A stretch of 64,000 nt of DNA, taken from positions 1 through 64,000 of IMG/VR virus record IMGVR_UViG_2687453321_000002. The stretch is one strand, 5' to 3'. Position numbers and translations under genes: made by a program. Below the pieces are notes generated by a model. That model was not told where the DNA came from, did not search any database, and was given only the letters and a program-made list of their open reading frames with translations. The DNA comes from a virus. Taxonomy: Duplodnaviria; Caudoviricetes. Numbering within the stretch: position 1 is the first letter of the stretch; every line of letters begins with the position of its first letter. Of the stretch, positions 47,771 to 57,336 are shown one piece after another.

Positions 47771-48898
47771 TCAAACCGCGACAGTGATCCAATCTTTGCC
47801 TCGATCATCGTGATACCGGTCGGTCTGTTTCTGCGATTTGTGGCCCAACAATAACTGGGTATTGAGGCCTTGTTCGCTATAAAGCCTTTCGGCCAGAGAA
47901 CGCTGTTCGTGAAACGTTGCCGGCGTACCGGAACCCCAATCGATGTTTGCTTTATCGCGTGCTTTGCTGAAATTTACCGTGAGGGTATTGCCGCTTACCT
48001 GGGCGCCGCGTTGCGCCATCGATGTTGATCGGAAGTAATGGATCAGATACGGGCTGACGGCGTAATCTCGGCATCGTGCGACAACTTCACGCAGGGACAT
48101 GTTGATCGCTTCACAACGGAGTGAAAGGGGAATGGCAAGCTTAGCACCAGTCTTCTCTTGCACGATGTGCAAACAGTCATCCCAGATATCATTAAACCTC
48201 ATGGCAGAAATGTCCCCGAGGCGTTGGCCGGTGACCAAGGCTAACAGCATTGCATTTCCCATATACCGGTGATTCTTGTCCGCTATATCGAAAATCTGCT
48301 GCCACTCCTGCAGGCTGAGGCGTTGCCTGGTAATTTTCCTGCGTGGCTGTTTGGTGGCCAACGCAGGGTTATATCCCGGTGGGACCTCACCAACATGCTG
48401 CGCCTCTTTGAATACGTCGATCAGGACGGAACGAACAACCTGGGCCATACGTGGCTGCCCAGCTGCCGTATACTCATCCAGTAGCGCCGCAATATCGCGG
48501 GCATCCACGGCAGGTAAAGCCTTCATCGCGTAGTTTTGGCGCATGAGTTCAACGGGCTTTCGTTTCTGCTTGAAAGTATTGGGTTTAATATCGCCGGCAG
48601 AAAGGCGTTCTTCCTGTATTTTCCAGTATCGATCAAGCCAAGTGTTGACGGTAATTTCTTTCCCGCGGATCTGGGCAATTCTGTCGCTTAGAGCCAGCAT
48701 CTGGCGGCTTCTCTGCTCCGCTAGGCGATTATTTGCTTCAATCGCGATCTCTTTCGCTTCTTGCTCATTATCACCCAGGGCGTGGTATTTGCCGGTAATA
48801 GGGTGACGGTAACGCCAATAAATTTTATTGGCGGTCCGGCTAAAAAGTGGGTAAAGGTTAGGTATTGTTACGTTATTTTTCCGTGGTCTGGCAGCCAT
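47771..48898 (-). CDS. int: Tyrosine integrase (e14 IntE/phage 21 type)
   Basis: GQRLGD, FHEQRS, LLGHK, DRY; paralog of 1161-2288. Confidence 0.96.
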   Translation of the reverse strand: MAARPRKNNVTIPNLYPLFSRTANKIYWRYRHPITGKYHALGDNEQEAKEIAIEANNRLAEQRSRQMLALSDRIAQIRGKEITVNTWLDRYWKIQEERLSAGDIKPNTFKQKRKPVELMRQNYAMKALPAVDARDIAALLDEYTAAGQPRMAQVVRSVLIDVFKEAQHVGEVPPGYNPALATKQPRRKITRQRLSLQEWQQIFDIADKNHRYMGNAMLLALVTGQRLGDISAMRFNDIWDDCLHIVQEKTGAKLAIPLSLRCEAINMSLREVVARCRDYAVSPYLIHYFRSTSMAQRGAQVSGNTLTVNFSKARDKANIDWGSGTPATFHEQRSLAERLYSEQGLNTQLLLGHKSQKQTDRYHDDRGKDWITVAV

Positions 48899-49124
48899 CG
48901 TTCAAAATCCTCAGCAACCTTGGGTTGTCGTTCTTTCTCTTTTCCGGTTCTGCCAGCGATCCAACGAGTTCAGCATCCTCTCTCACACGCCACCATCGAC
49001 CTTCTTTTTGAGCTGGTGGGTTGAAGTGGCCGGCTTTGGCTCGTTGCCTCAATGTGCTCACTGAGGGTGGGTCGCTGCGGTATTTTTCAGCTGCCCATTC
49101 TTCAAGTTTTAGCATCTGTAGCAT
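48873..49124 (-). CDS. xis: Excisionase
   Basis: LEEWAAEKY..PPAQKEGRWWRV. Confidence 0.9.
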   Translation of the reverse strand: MLQMLKLEEWAAEKYRSDPPSVSTLRQRAKAGHFNPPAQKEGRWWRVREDAELVGSLAEPEKRKNDNPRLLRILNDGCQTTEK

Positions 49125-49169
49125 GAGTTATCTCCACACATAGGCCCGCTGCAACGGGCCGTTAAATAT

Positions 49170-49748
49170 TTACAGGTCGTTCGGATGCTGGTGGGGTGAT
49201 AGCAATCGCTGGTGGATTGCTGAAACATACTGTGCCTGGTGTACAGCGTCTGCCAGTGCATTGTGGCGTTCGCCGTCGAAAGGCAGATCGCGTTTCGGGT
49301 CGAATCCTACACGCCGGCCGAGGTTCACCATGGTGCGCACGTCCAAATCGTTAAACCAGTTCCAGCATGGCGCCTTACTGCAGCGCTCGTAGGCTTCACG
49401 CAGAATGACGTTGTCGAAGGCGGCACCGTTGCCCCAAACCTTCAGATACTTAGGCTGCTCGCAGCTGCGGGTGACAAAATTGGTCAACGCATCGAGGGCT
49501 TCAGCGATGGGCTTTGCCTCGTCACTGGTGATCGCCGCTCGGGCCTCGCTGCTTTGTTTCAGCCACCAGTTGATGGTATCGCCATCGGGAACGGCGCCGG
49601 CGGCCAATTCGCTCGCCAGATTTACCGCGGTATAAAACTGCGGGCCAAGATCACCCGTCATAGGGTTAAAGAACACGGCGCCGATCGCCACGATTGGTGC
49701 ATTTGGCTTGTTGCCTATGGTTTCCAGGTCAATCATCAGATCATTCAT
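49170..49748 (-). CDS. 3'-5' exonuclease (DEDDh, DUF5051-like)
   Basis: MIDLET, WGNGAAFD, HNALADA. Confidence 0.88.
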   Translation of the reverse strand: MNDLMIDLETIGNKPNAPIVAIGAVFFNPMTGDLGPQFYTAVNLASELAAGAVPDGDTINWWLKQSSEARAAITSDEAKPIAEALDALTNFVTRSCEQPKYLKVWGNGAAFDNVILREAYERCSKAPCWNWFNDLDVRTMVNLGRRVGFDPKRDLPFDGERHNALADAVHQAQYVSAIHQRLLSPHQHPNDL

Positions 49749-49926
49749 TGTTTTTACCTTGTGTTGGGGCCGCTGCCAGCCATTGAAATAGTTTTTCCGC
49801 ATCAGCTGCGTCGATAACGCGCTGGCCGTTGTCGAGGACGTGAACTTTTACCCGCATCCCGGCGACTTCCATCGTTTCCTCTGCAACCGAGACTGGCAAA
49901 TCAGACAGATCGCTCAGCTTATCCAT
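49741..49926 (-). CDS. Hypothetical protein
   Basis: MDKLSD start coupled to upstream small gene. Confidence 0.55.
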   Translation of the reverse strand: MDKLSDLSDLPVSVAEETMEVAGMRVKVHVLDNGQRVIDAADAEKLFQWLAAAPTQGKNNE

Positions 49927-50065
49927 GCTGGGCTTCCGCATATCTGATCCGTCCGTAATACTTGCCAGAGCGAAAGCGATAATGCTTTTTGCATTGCCAC
50001 ATGTCCTGTTCTGTCGTCAAATTGATGCCACGCACCAGGCGTGGTGAAAAGTTATGTTTAGGCAT
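49919..50065 (-). CDS. Small protein (48 aa), homolog of 13754-13930
   Basis: MPKHNFSPRLVRGINLTTEQDMWQCKKHYRFRSGKYYGRIRYAEAQHG. Confidence 0.75.
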   Translation of the reverse strand: MPKHNFSPRLVRGINLTTEQDMWQCKKHYRFRSGKYYGRIRYAEAQHG

Positions 50066-50393
50066 GGGTGATCACCCCACGGTGGTTGATGCGGTACACA
50101 CGTTTAGGCATGCCGGAATTTTGGCGATTGCCGTTGACAAACTGCGCCCACATTTTCAGTTCAAGTAAAAAGCCGCACATACCTTTCCCTGTCTTTCTGA
50201 CGCCAATCTTGTTGCTGTTTCCTATGCTCCGGCGAGCCTTTCGCATTACATTGCGGTTGTGGGCGTTGCACACCTCAAGCCAGCGGTCATTACCTCTATG
50301 CCTGTATGGCGAGAACGTCCGATAGCGCCGCGCCTGCAGCTCCTGTAGGTGCGAATGTTGCAAATCTTCGATGTAGGTTTGCTTGCTCATCAA
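50058..50393 (-). CDS. Hypothetical basic protein
   Basis: Coupled ORF in leftward operon. Confidence 0.55.
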   Translation of the reverse strand: MMSKQTYIEDLQHSHLQELQARRYRTFSPYRHRGNDRWLEVCNAHNRNVMRKARRSIGNSNKIGVRKTGKGMCGFLLELKMWAQFVNGNRQNSGMPKRVYRINHRGVITHA

Positions 50394-50704
50394 TCGTCAT
50401 CCTCATTGACCATAACCAGCTGCGTATCGTCCGGTACTTCCATGGTCAGCTGGACGCTGTAACCTCGCTCATGCATGGAGTATGAGACAGGCCAAGCTGG
50501 TACCGGCACGTCTTCGCCAACCTGGCAAAGCCCAATAGCCCAGCAACCTTCATCGGTGTAGGTTGCGACAACCAGCACTTCGCCCTCAGCAGATTTCAAG
50601 TGATAGATCCCCAGCTCGTTAAAGCAGCCGATCTCTTCACGTATCGCACCCTCAACCTCAAACAGATCATCGCTGGCGCCATAAAACTTCAGTATTTTGC
50701 TCAT
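50390..50704 (-). CDS. Hypothetical protein
   Basis: FYGASDDLFE motif. Confidence 0.65.
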   Translation of the reverse strand: MSKILKFYGASDDLFEVEGAIREEIGCFNELGIYHLKSAEGEVLVVATYTDEGCWAIGLCQVGEDVPVPAWPVSYSMHERGYSVQLTMEVPDDTQLVMVNEDDD

Positions 50705-50722
50705 GCTGTTTCCTTCAGGGCT

Positions 50723-50983
50723 TTAGCCCGATTGTTTTGGCTGATAGAACGCATCCATCAGGAAGCGTTTGCCGAGTTTGGTTAATTTCCCGTGCAGCTT
50801 CTTCGTGAAGCCGATTTCCACCATGATGGTAGAGAGGGTGTGGCCAGACCATGAGTCACACGCAGCTTTAAGGCACCCTTGCTCTAACATTTTCCGTTTG
50901 TTAACGGGGCCAAAGTTGGTGCCGTCGAACGCTTGCTCAATATACTCATCCGTGATGTGGTCGCAGTTAACCGGTTTAGCCAT
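50723..50983 (-). CDS. Hypothetical protein
   Basis: Coupled ORF. Confidence 0.55.
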   Translation of the reverse strand: MAKPVNCDHITDEYIEQAFDGTNFGPVNKRKMLEQGCLKAACDSWSGHTLSTIMVEIGFTKKLHGKLTKLGKRFLMDAFYQPKQSG

Positions 50984-51464
50984 TGCCATCCCCCTTCACG
51001 AAGATGATCCAGTGCGTTTTGTCGTTCTTTCCGGTGCGCTGCCAGATCGCCGGTTTTTCGTCTGTGAGGGCGATGATCTGGCTAACCGGTATCTGGGTTT
51101 CGTTCCATTTGAAGATCAGCACGCCGTGTGGCCGCAGCACGCGGAAAGCCTCGGCGAACCCGGCTCGCAGTTCATCGCGCCATGTTTCACGGTCGAGCTT
51201 CCCGTACTTCTTGCCCTGCCAGCCATTGGGGCCTACGCGCTCCAGGTGCGGCGGGTCGAACACGACAACAGAGAAACTGCCGTCTGCAAACGGCAGCGCT
51301 GTGAAGTCGGCGATCAGGTCCGGGGAGATAACCAGCTTTCTACCGTCGCAAAGGGTGTGGCTCTCGCAGCGCTTGTCGCTGAATACAGCGCGCTCGTCCT
51401 CTTTGTCGAACCAGAACATGCGCGGACCGCAGCACATATCGAGGATTGTTTTATCAGTCAGCAT
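50976..51464 (-). CDS. SAM-dependent (probably DNA amino) methyltransferase
   Basis: ILDMCCG and FDPPH motifs. Confidence 0.85.
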   Translation of the reverse strand: MLTDKTILDMCCGPRMFWFDKEDERAVFSDKRCESHTLCDGRKLVISPDLIADFTALPFADGSFSVVVFDPPHLERVGPNGWQGKKYGKLDRETWRDELRAGFAEAFRVLRPHGVLIFKWNETQIPVSQIIALTDEKPAIWQRTGKNDKTHWIIFVKGDGNG

Positions 51465-51648
51465 CTTCGGCCTCCTGGCGTTGCGCCGGGATCACTCCAT
51501 CAACCGGCAGACACTCGTATTGCGAGGGTAATTTCTGCTGGTGGATATCCGCCAGGCAGTTACTTTTGTCTGGATATACCCAGCCTTGCGGCACAAATTC
51601 GCAGGGCTGATAGGTGTAGCAGACGAGCAGGAACAGGCCGAACATCAC
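51454..51648 (-). CDS. DUF1482/YebW-like protein
   Basis: MFGLFLLVC..C..C..ECLPVD Cys pattern. Confidence 0.6.
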   Translation of the reverse strand: MMFGLFLLVCYTYQPCEFVPQGWVYPDKSNCLADIHQQKLPSQYECLPVDGVIPAQRQEAEDAD

Positions 51649-52178
51649 GCAGCCCTCTCGTTGGCCAGCTGGTTATAACGCTGCATGAACATCGCCCTGG
51701 CCTGTACTGGATTGACTGGTGAAACGAAAATGTCTTCCGAAGGGCGGATCCCGTTGAGCATTGGCCAAGGTGTCCCATCGTCAATGTCGAGATCGCGGCG
51801 TTCGGTGGCCAGCATCACCAGATCGGCATGCTTGACGATCGGGCTGGTGGTGGCTGGAAGGCCGAATTTATAACGAATAACAAAATCAATATTATTTTCG
51901 ATGCCGCGATAGTCGGGAATTAACTTTTTAAGCGGTGATGGAATATCTTTGCAATATGCTTCGTGCGCGTCATGCAGTAATGCTTCAAAAGCAAAACTAG
52001 GCGGGACGATTTTACTGGCAATGACACAATGCTGTGCCACGCTATAGAATTCAGGAATATGACCATTGAAGCGACATTCATGAGATAAGGCTTGTGCTAT
52101 ATCTTCAATGCAAATAGCGTCAACGGTTGGCGCTTCGTAATCAAAGCGTTTACCCGTAAAAGTTAAAATCCAAGACAT
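51645..52178 (-). CDS. HD-domain 5'-deoxynucleotidase-like protein (YfdR family)
   Basis: CRFNGH..YSVAQH..LLHDAHEAY. Confidence 0.85.
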   Translation of the reverse strand: MSWILTFTGKRFDYEAPTVDAICIEDIAQALSHECRFNGHIPEFYSVAQHCVIASKIVPPSFAFEALLHDAHEAYCKDIPSPLKKLIPDYRGIENNIDFVIRYKFGLPATTSPIVKHADLVMLATERRDLDIDDGTPWPMLNGIRPSEDIFVSPVNPVQARAMFMQRYNQLANERAA

Positions 52179-52263
52179 AATTATTCTCCACACAGTTTTT
52201 GGCAACACTTCACCAAATACCCCATTGCTGGGGTATTTGAGGCTGTATTACTTATTTAAAAAA

Positions 52264-53091
52264 TCAGGCTTTGAAATTACCGATGAAGGTTTCGACTGAA
52301 CCGCCATCGAATTTATCGATCAGCAGATCGCGAAACTCGTTGGCAATTGCTTCTTCCTGCGCTTCAAGTTGAACAATGCGCAGGACGAAAAGCGGTTCGT
52401 CACTTTTCAGAAGGCTATTGCGGAGGCTGAACTTGCGTTCCCCGAGGCCTTCATACGGCGTGCAGGTGAATTCGAATGCAACCGGCATCACGTCTTTGCT
52501 GCTGGCTTCAATGCTTTGCATGAGTGATTTTTTACCGCTGAAATCACCGTCTTCATGATCTGCTTCTGACATTTGCTTAATGCTTACGCGGCGAACGGCA
52601 CCGGCAGCCTGCGAGATAGACATTGCTTTACCCTCGGCATCAAATGCTTCCAGATAGTCGCTCCAGTCTTCCAGCCATTCGGCAATATTTTTCTGGCGCA
52701 GGCGTTCGCCATCTATTGCCAGCAATGCACGATATGGTGCTGTTTTCTTGAGTTTGATCGAAGCGACGTTATCGGCATGGCCTGGATTCTCAAGGGAACC
52801 GATATTGAACACTGACCGTGCACTCATGTTGTCGGCGTCAATGAAGCAGCGTGCTGGTTCATCCTGTTTGGCATAGCCGGTGGAGTAGCGAACAAAATCG
52901 GCAATGCTGGTTGTTTCCATGATGCCGCGGAAGCGGAAGCGTTCCAGGCCGAATCGTTCAAGACTTTCGACGCCAACACCTTCAGGTAAAATTGCTGTCG
53001 GGCAGGCCAGTCCTTCGATATCACGAAGGTGATAACCAGAAATCACCAGGTCTTTAATTTGTTGAATTGCTCCGCCATCTAATTGAGACAT
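52264..53091 (-). CDS. YfdQ/DUF2303 family protein
   Basis: RFRFRG..T.SI.DF, PGHAD, CTPYEGL. Confidence 0.85.
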   Translation of the reverse strand: MSQLDGGAIQQIKDLVISGYHLRDIEGLACPTAILPEGVGVESLERFGLERFRFRGIMETTSIADFVRYSTGYAKQDEPARCFIDADNMSARSVFNIGSLENPGHADNVASIKLKKTAPYRALLAIDGERLRQKNIAEWLEDWSDYLEAFDAEGKAMSISQAAGAVRRVSIKQMSEADHEDGDFSGKKSLMQSIEASSKDVMPVAFEFTCTPYEGLGERKFSLRNSLLKSDEPLFVLRIVQLEAQEEAIANEFRDLLIDKFDGGSVETFIGNFKA

Positions 53092-53145
53092 AAAATAATC
53101 CTTTGGGTTTAATTGAATAGAGCGTTTATGAATAAGGGCGCGTTA

Positions 53146-53517
53146 TTACTTTGCGACCCGTAATTTACCGTCAGTGCCACCATCTACTGTAAATAGCTGA
53201 CCTTGGTCTTCTTGCAGAATTGTTAACTTACCGCCTTTGCCAACGTACATTGGCGTTTCGGTGGTATCTTCTTCTGAAACTTTCCCACGTGGTGTTGGGG
53301 TTACAAATTTCAGTTGATGTTTAATGCTGACGCGCTTTTCTTCAACCGAATTGCTTAAACGATCAATGTCGAGGGTAATAACGACTTTACCTTTACCGCC
53401 ATTATTAAGAACGCCCAGCGCAGTAGCGTTTAATGCTGCTGAAAATTTATTTTCAAACACGCCGGCATCCAGTTCACCCAGAAAGTCCGGCACATTGGTT
53501 TTGCGGTCTTCACTCAT
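53146..53517 (-). CDS. YfdP-like protein
   Basis: TNVPDFLGELDAGVF, EEDTTETPMYV. Confidence 0.8.
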   Translation of the reverse strand: MSEDRKTNVPDFLGELDAGVFENKFSAALNATALGVLNNGGKGKVVITLDIDRLSNSVEEKRVSIKHQLKFVTPTPRGKVSEEDTTETPMYVGKGGKLTILQEDQGQLFTVDGGTDGKLRVAK

Positions 53518-53561
53518 AAAATAGTCCTCACACGAAGCGGCGATCGCCGCGGTTTTCTCCA

Positions 53562-53640
53562 CACACCTGGTGGCGCACCGTGCCGGGCTATACTGTGGAG
53601 AAATTAATAAGGAAACCGGCACAGTACGCCACCTGATGTG
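53562..53640 (-). ncRNA. Candidate structured RNA: 25-bp stem with loop containing TTTCTCCACAG (anti-barcode)
   Basis: Stem has 3 G.U pairs and 1 mismatch on minus strand; 29-nt loop complementary to TGTGGAGAA. Confidence 0.45.
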
Positions 53641-53937
53641 TAAAAAGGGCGGCCAGCCTATGAACATTATCTTCATCCTCCTGGTGTTGGTGGGTTGAAG
53701 TTCGGCGTGGCCGCCAAAGACTACACAAAGCAATTCATCGGTTGTGGTGGCCGGCGGACAACGCCCCTGAAGTCCACCAGCCAGATCCACAACGGTATGC
53801 TCACTCATGAGTTAGGATCTTCCACCGCTCCCAGAACTGAGGGAAAGGGCGAGTGAGCATGCCGTTGTGTGCCGGGATTTTTAACCACGCCCGGCGCGTG
53901 GTATCTTGGAGTTCTCACACAACCAAGAAGGATTGAG

Positions 53938-54123
53938 ATGAAAAATATTGATGCTGTAACTCAATTTGCGTTTGAATATATCCGCAATCAAAATGAAACT
54001 TATTCGTCACCTGCTGAATTTCTGATGGCTGTGAATAAAATTAAGTGCCAGTTTGCTGATCTTCTTGAATGTTCCCCTTCGGAGCTCCATAAGGCTGTTG
54101 TTGATGCTCGGGAGACGAATTAA
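53938..54123 (+). CDS. Small hypothetical protein opposing the pL operon
   Basis: SD AAGGA; 61 aa. Confidence 0.5.
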   Translation: MKNIDAVTQFAFEYIRNQNETYSSPAEFLMAVNKIKCQFADLLECSPSELHKAVVDARETN

Positions 54124-54358
54124 CGCAATTCAGAACCGCTCTCATACCAACAACCATTGCTTCTGCAGTGGTTGTTACTGCGCTGAGCACATCAGCCTTG
54201 GGTTTTCCACGTAGCACGTAGTCTTCAGCGACGCGTGATATAGTTGGCCCAAATAATTCAACCAAATAATTAGCAAAATGTTTGTTTACTTCTTCGCCGA
54301 AGAAATCATTCATACATTCTTCGTGGGACTTCTGTTTTTCGATAACCTTTCCCATCAC
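54041..54358 (-). CDS. Hypothetical protein, first gene of pL operon
   Basis: 105-aa ORF after structured leader. Confidence 0.5.
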   Translation of the reverse strand: MMGKVIEKQKSHEECMNDFFGEEVNKHFANYLVELFGPTISRVAEDYVLRGKPKADVLSAVTTTAEAMVVGMRAVLNCVNSSPEHQQQPYGAPKGNIQEDQQTGT

Positions 54359-54462
54359 CTAAACCCCTTACTGAAAGTCACCTGAGCGAATCATCCCGAT
54401 CTTCATGCGCCTCGGGCGGCTACTTCGTGGGCGTCCTGCCTGTTCGCTGTTGATGAATTAAA

Positions 54463-54512
54463 GTTTACATAACAAAACAAATGCGTCAAGCGAAAAGTTT
54501 GTATATCAAAAC
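54463..54512 (-). promoter_or_regulatory. OL operators of prophage 2
   Basis: GTTT-N8-AAAC at 54463-54478 and 54497-54512; TTGACG -35 on minus strand. Confidence 0.65.
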
Positions 54513-54589
54513 TTGAGCGAGGCAGGAGTACAAGAAAACCCAGTTATACTGGGTTGGTTAATGTGATGTTCTCAAATTGTATGCTGCGG

Positions 54590-55240
54590 TTAGGGTAGTC
54601 TTGATAGAACCTGTAAACAGACACCAATTACTTGGCCCAGGCTGGCAATTTGGATCGCTTTGTAATTGCTGTTAAGTGGAACAAGGTAGATGTTTGGTCC
54701 ATCGACGGATAACTTCTTAATTGTGACAGTCTTGTGGTCATCGAGCAATGCAATAACAATACGACCAGCCGTTGGCTCTTGGGTTGGATCAACTATCACC
54801 GTGGCGCCAAGTGGAATTGTGACATCTCCGACCGCGCTTACCATAGAGTCATTGTCCATCTGTACTGCAAATGAGAAGGGGGATACGTCATCCGAGACTG
54901 TTATCCAATTTTGGAAGTGAGTTAAATCCTGATTCATTAGATCGCTCCATTCCCCCGCCTGCTGTAATGATAATAGAGGAATTTTTTGGAGTTCTCTGGT
55001 ATTCGCGACCGGCGATTTTTGCCTTTGAGCGCCGCCTAACAACAACCACTGTTCACTGACTCTCAGTACTTTAGCCAGTGGAGCTATATATTGTGCAGAT
55101 GGTTCGTTTCCTCCGTTCACCCATTGGCTCACGGTGCCCTTTGACGCCTTGGTGGCCTCAATCAGATCTTTGCTTTTCAGGTTGAGTTTCTGCATCTGCA
55201 TCTTGATGCGTTCACTCATCGTCATGTCTTGAATTTTCAT
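54590..55240 (-). CDS. cI: CI repressor with S24 peptidase (RecA-cleavable)
   Basis: HTH; QAG cleavage site, DSM Ser, TIKKL Lys. Confidence 0.9.
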   Translation of the reverse strand: MKIQDMTMSERIKMQMQKLNLKSKDLIEATKASKGTVSQWVNGGNEPSAQYIAPLAKVLRVSEQWLLLGGAQRQKSPVANTRELQKIPLLSLQQAGEWSDLMNQDLTHFQNWITVSDDVSPFSFAVQMDNDSMVSAVGDVTIPLGATVIVDPTQEPTAGRIVIALLDDHKTVTIKKLSVDGPNIYLVPLNSNYKAIQIASLGQVIGVCLQVLSRLP

Positions 55241-55302
55241 GTTTGTATTTTTAAACACATATGGTTTTGATGCTTGACCTTGTTGGGTTTTGATAGTTAA
55301 AC
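55241..55302. promoter_or_regulatory. OR operators of prophage 2
   Basis: GTTT-N8-AAAC at 55241-55256 and 55287-55302; degenerate 55264-55279. Confidence 0.65.
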
Positions 55303-55320
55303 TCAATAATAAACTAGGAG

Positions 55321-55542
55321 ATGAGCATGAAAAAATCAGAAGTCTTGGCCCATTTCGGTGGAACAAACGCCACAGGAAAGGCTTTGGGAGTATCAAAGAG
55401 CACCGTCAGCCTGTGGGGGGAGCTAATTCCATGGCAATACGCGTTGTTGATATCTGAAGTTACTGATAACGCGATCAGATTCAACCGCGAGGATTATCCA
55501 GAGAGATTCAGCAACGTGAGCAATGGCAGTAGTGATATTTGA
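55321..55542 (+). CDS. cro: Cro
   Basis: KKSEVLAHFGG..GKALGVSKSTVSLWGELIP. Confidence 0.88.
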   Translation: MSMKKSEVLAHFGGTNATGKALGVSKSTVSLWGELIPWQYALLISEVTDNAIRFNREDYPERFSNVSNGSSDI

Positions 55543-55611
55543 CTCTCATCGAACTGATACAGAAGTCTACTGCCTCGGCAAGATAACAGTAACTACCAAA
55601 GGAAAATCAAC

Positions 55612-56085
55612 ATGGTAGAACCAAATTTGAAAGACGTAGTGAAGGGCATGTGCAAGGCAGTGGCTGGTGGTCGATCGGCGATGGCCGGCGCATTGGGCAT
55701 GTCGGAGACGGCGTTCAACAACAACCTCTACGAGAAGAACGGTTGCCGCTTCTTCGAGATCGGTGAACTGGAAGCGATGGAGGATATCTCGGGCACCAAC
55801 CTGCTGACCGAATATTTCGCCCGGCGCCGGGGTTTGCTGGTGGTGGAGATCCCCGCTCTGGACGAATTGGACCAGGTGGAATTGTTCAGCAAAAGCATCC
55901 GCACCGCCGCACACCGTGGGCATGTGGATCAAATCATTCAGGAGTCGCTTGCAGATGGCGTCATTGATGAGAAAGAAGCTGCCGAGATCATGCGTTATCA
56001 CCGCAAGCACCTGCAGGCGCGTGATGCAGAGGTTAGGGCGGTGCTGGCGCTGTTTGGCAAAAAGGCCAAGTGCCAGAAAGGGTAA
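55612..56085 (+). CDS. YmfL family regulatory protein
   Basis: MAGALGMS..FNNNLYEKNGCRFF. Confidence 0.85.
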   Translation: MVEPNLKDVVKGMCKAVAGGRSAMAGALGMSETAFNNNLYEKNGCRFFEIGELEAMEDISGTNLLTEYFARRRGLLVVEIPALDELDQVELFSKSIRTAAHRGHVDQIIQESLADGVIDEKEAAEIMRYHRKHLQARDAEVRAVLALFGKKAKCQKG

Positions 56086-56148
56086 CGCCCAGAGGTTGCA
56101 GCCCCTGGGCGTCAGTGCGAGTAAATCAGTGTGTGGAGAAATAATCGC

Positions 56149-56343
56149 ATGAGCAATTTAACCAGAAATTCTATGGTGCCGCAAATCCGCTGCCGTGCAA
56201 TGACTGGCGGTAATTCTGCGTCGCCGTTCCGGTATGAGGTCAATGTACTGGGTCGGTGGATTGCCAGCAACTACCAGTTTGCCAGATGGGTGGTAGATGG
56301 CGGCGCCTGGTTGTCACGACACAGCGAGGTGAAGCATGACTAA
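56149..56343 (+). CDS. Small hypothetical protein upstream of Rha gene
   Basis: Starts after GTGTGGAGA SD. Confidence 0.6.
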   Translation: MSNLTRNSMVPQIRCRAMTGGNSASPFRYEVNVLGRWIASNYQFARWVVDGGAWLSRHSEVKHD

Positions 56344-57157
56344 TCTACCAGCGACCGGGATCACTATGACCAGCCTGGAGCTGGTGGACTACATCAACGC
56401 TGAGCGTGAGTCGAAAGCGATCGCCGCCGGCGCCTCGTTCCCGAGCAAGGGCCATACCCGTTTGCGCCACGCCGATTTTATGGCGAAGGCGCCGCGGGTA
56501 TTGGGTGAAAACCACTCAACGAAATTTTTCGCTCAGTACACCGACCCGACCGGGCGCGAGCTTCCATGTCTGCACTTACCCAAGCGCGAAGCCTGCCTGA
56601 TGGCAATGAGCTACAGCTACGAGATACAGGCGAAGGTGTTCGATCGCATGACGGCGCTGGAGCAGGCCAACGTACCGGCGCCACAACTGCCGGCGACCAA
56701 GACAGACCAGATCCAGGCCGGGTTGTTGATCGTGGAATCTGCTACCAAGCTGCTGAATCTCTCTCAGTCGTCACGCTTGGGGGCATTGCAGAAGCTGCAA
56801 GAGCTGGCTGGCCTGCCGGCGCTGATGCCGGTATACGCCATTGATGCGCCATCGGATGCCGTTGACGGCTCCAGCCGGCCGACAGCGGCGATCACCACTC
56901 TGTTGAAGCTGAACAGCAGCACGATGAGCACGCCGGTGGCCTATCGCATTCTGGAACGGCTTCGGATAGTCGAGCGTAAAAGCCGCCCAAGCCGGCGCCA
57001 CGGTGAAAAGCACTTCTGGTCGATCACCGCCACTGGTCTGCGGTTCGGGAAAAACATCACCTCACCGAATAACCCGCGGGAAACCCAGCCCCATTTCTAT
57101 GAATCGCGCTTCCCAGAGTTGCTGCAGCGCATCTACGACGAGTGGAGGCGCGGTTAA
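56336..57157 (+). CDS. Rha-family/antirepressor-like protein
   Basis: MTSLELV..LRHADF..LPKREACLMAMSYS; FGKNITSP.NPRETQPH C-terminus. Confidence 0.8.
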   Translation: MTNLPATGITMTSLELVDYINAERESKAIAAGASFPSKGHTRLRHADFMAKAPRVLGENHSTKFFAQYTDPTGRELPCLHLPKREACLMAMSYSYEIQAKVFDRMTALEQANVPAPQLPATKTDQIQAGLLIVESATKLLNLSQSSRLGALQKLQELAGLPALMPVYAIDAPSDAVDGSSRPTAAITTLLKLNSSTMSTPVAYRILERLRIVERKSRPSRRHGEKHFWSITATGLRFGKNITSPNNPRETQPHFYESRFPELLQRIYDEWRRG

Positions 57158-57336
57158 TGGCGGCTAATTACCCAGATATCGGCAGTCGCTGGCGTGATCA
57201 GCATGGTCACGTAGTCATCATTGCCGCGCACGACATTGAAAATCAGAAAGTTGTTTACCAGCGCCCAGGCTACGAGTGGCATTGTGCTTGCCCTCTGATC
57301 ATCTTCTGGGCCCGTTTTACCAGGACTATTTTATGA
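57157..57336 (+). CDS. DUF4222 protein
   Basis: WRDQHG..V..RPGYEW.C.CP. Confidence 0.75.
   Translation: MAANYPDIGSRWRDQHGHVVIIAAHDIENQKVVYQRPGYEWHCACPLIIFWARFTRTIL

Noticed and set aside
50285-50296. GAGGTAATGACC (minus) as a prophage 1 barcode copy in prophage 2
   Set aside because: Internal to a coding sequence and lacks the terminal AATG; probably chance
50769-51722. 317-aa + strand ORF
   Set aside because: Antisense shadow across several recognisable minus-strand genes
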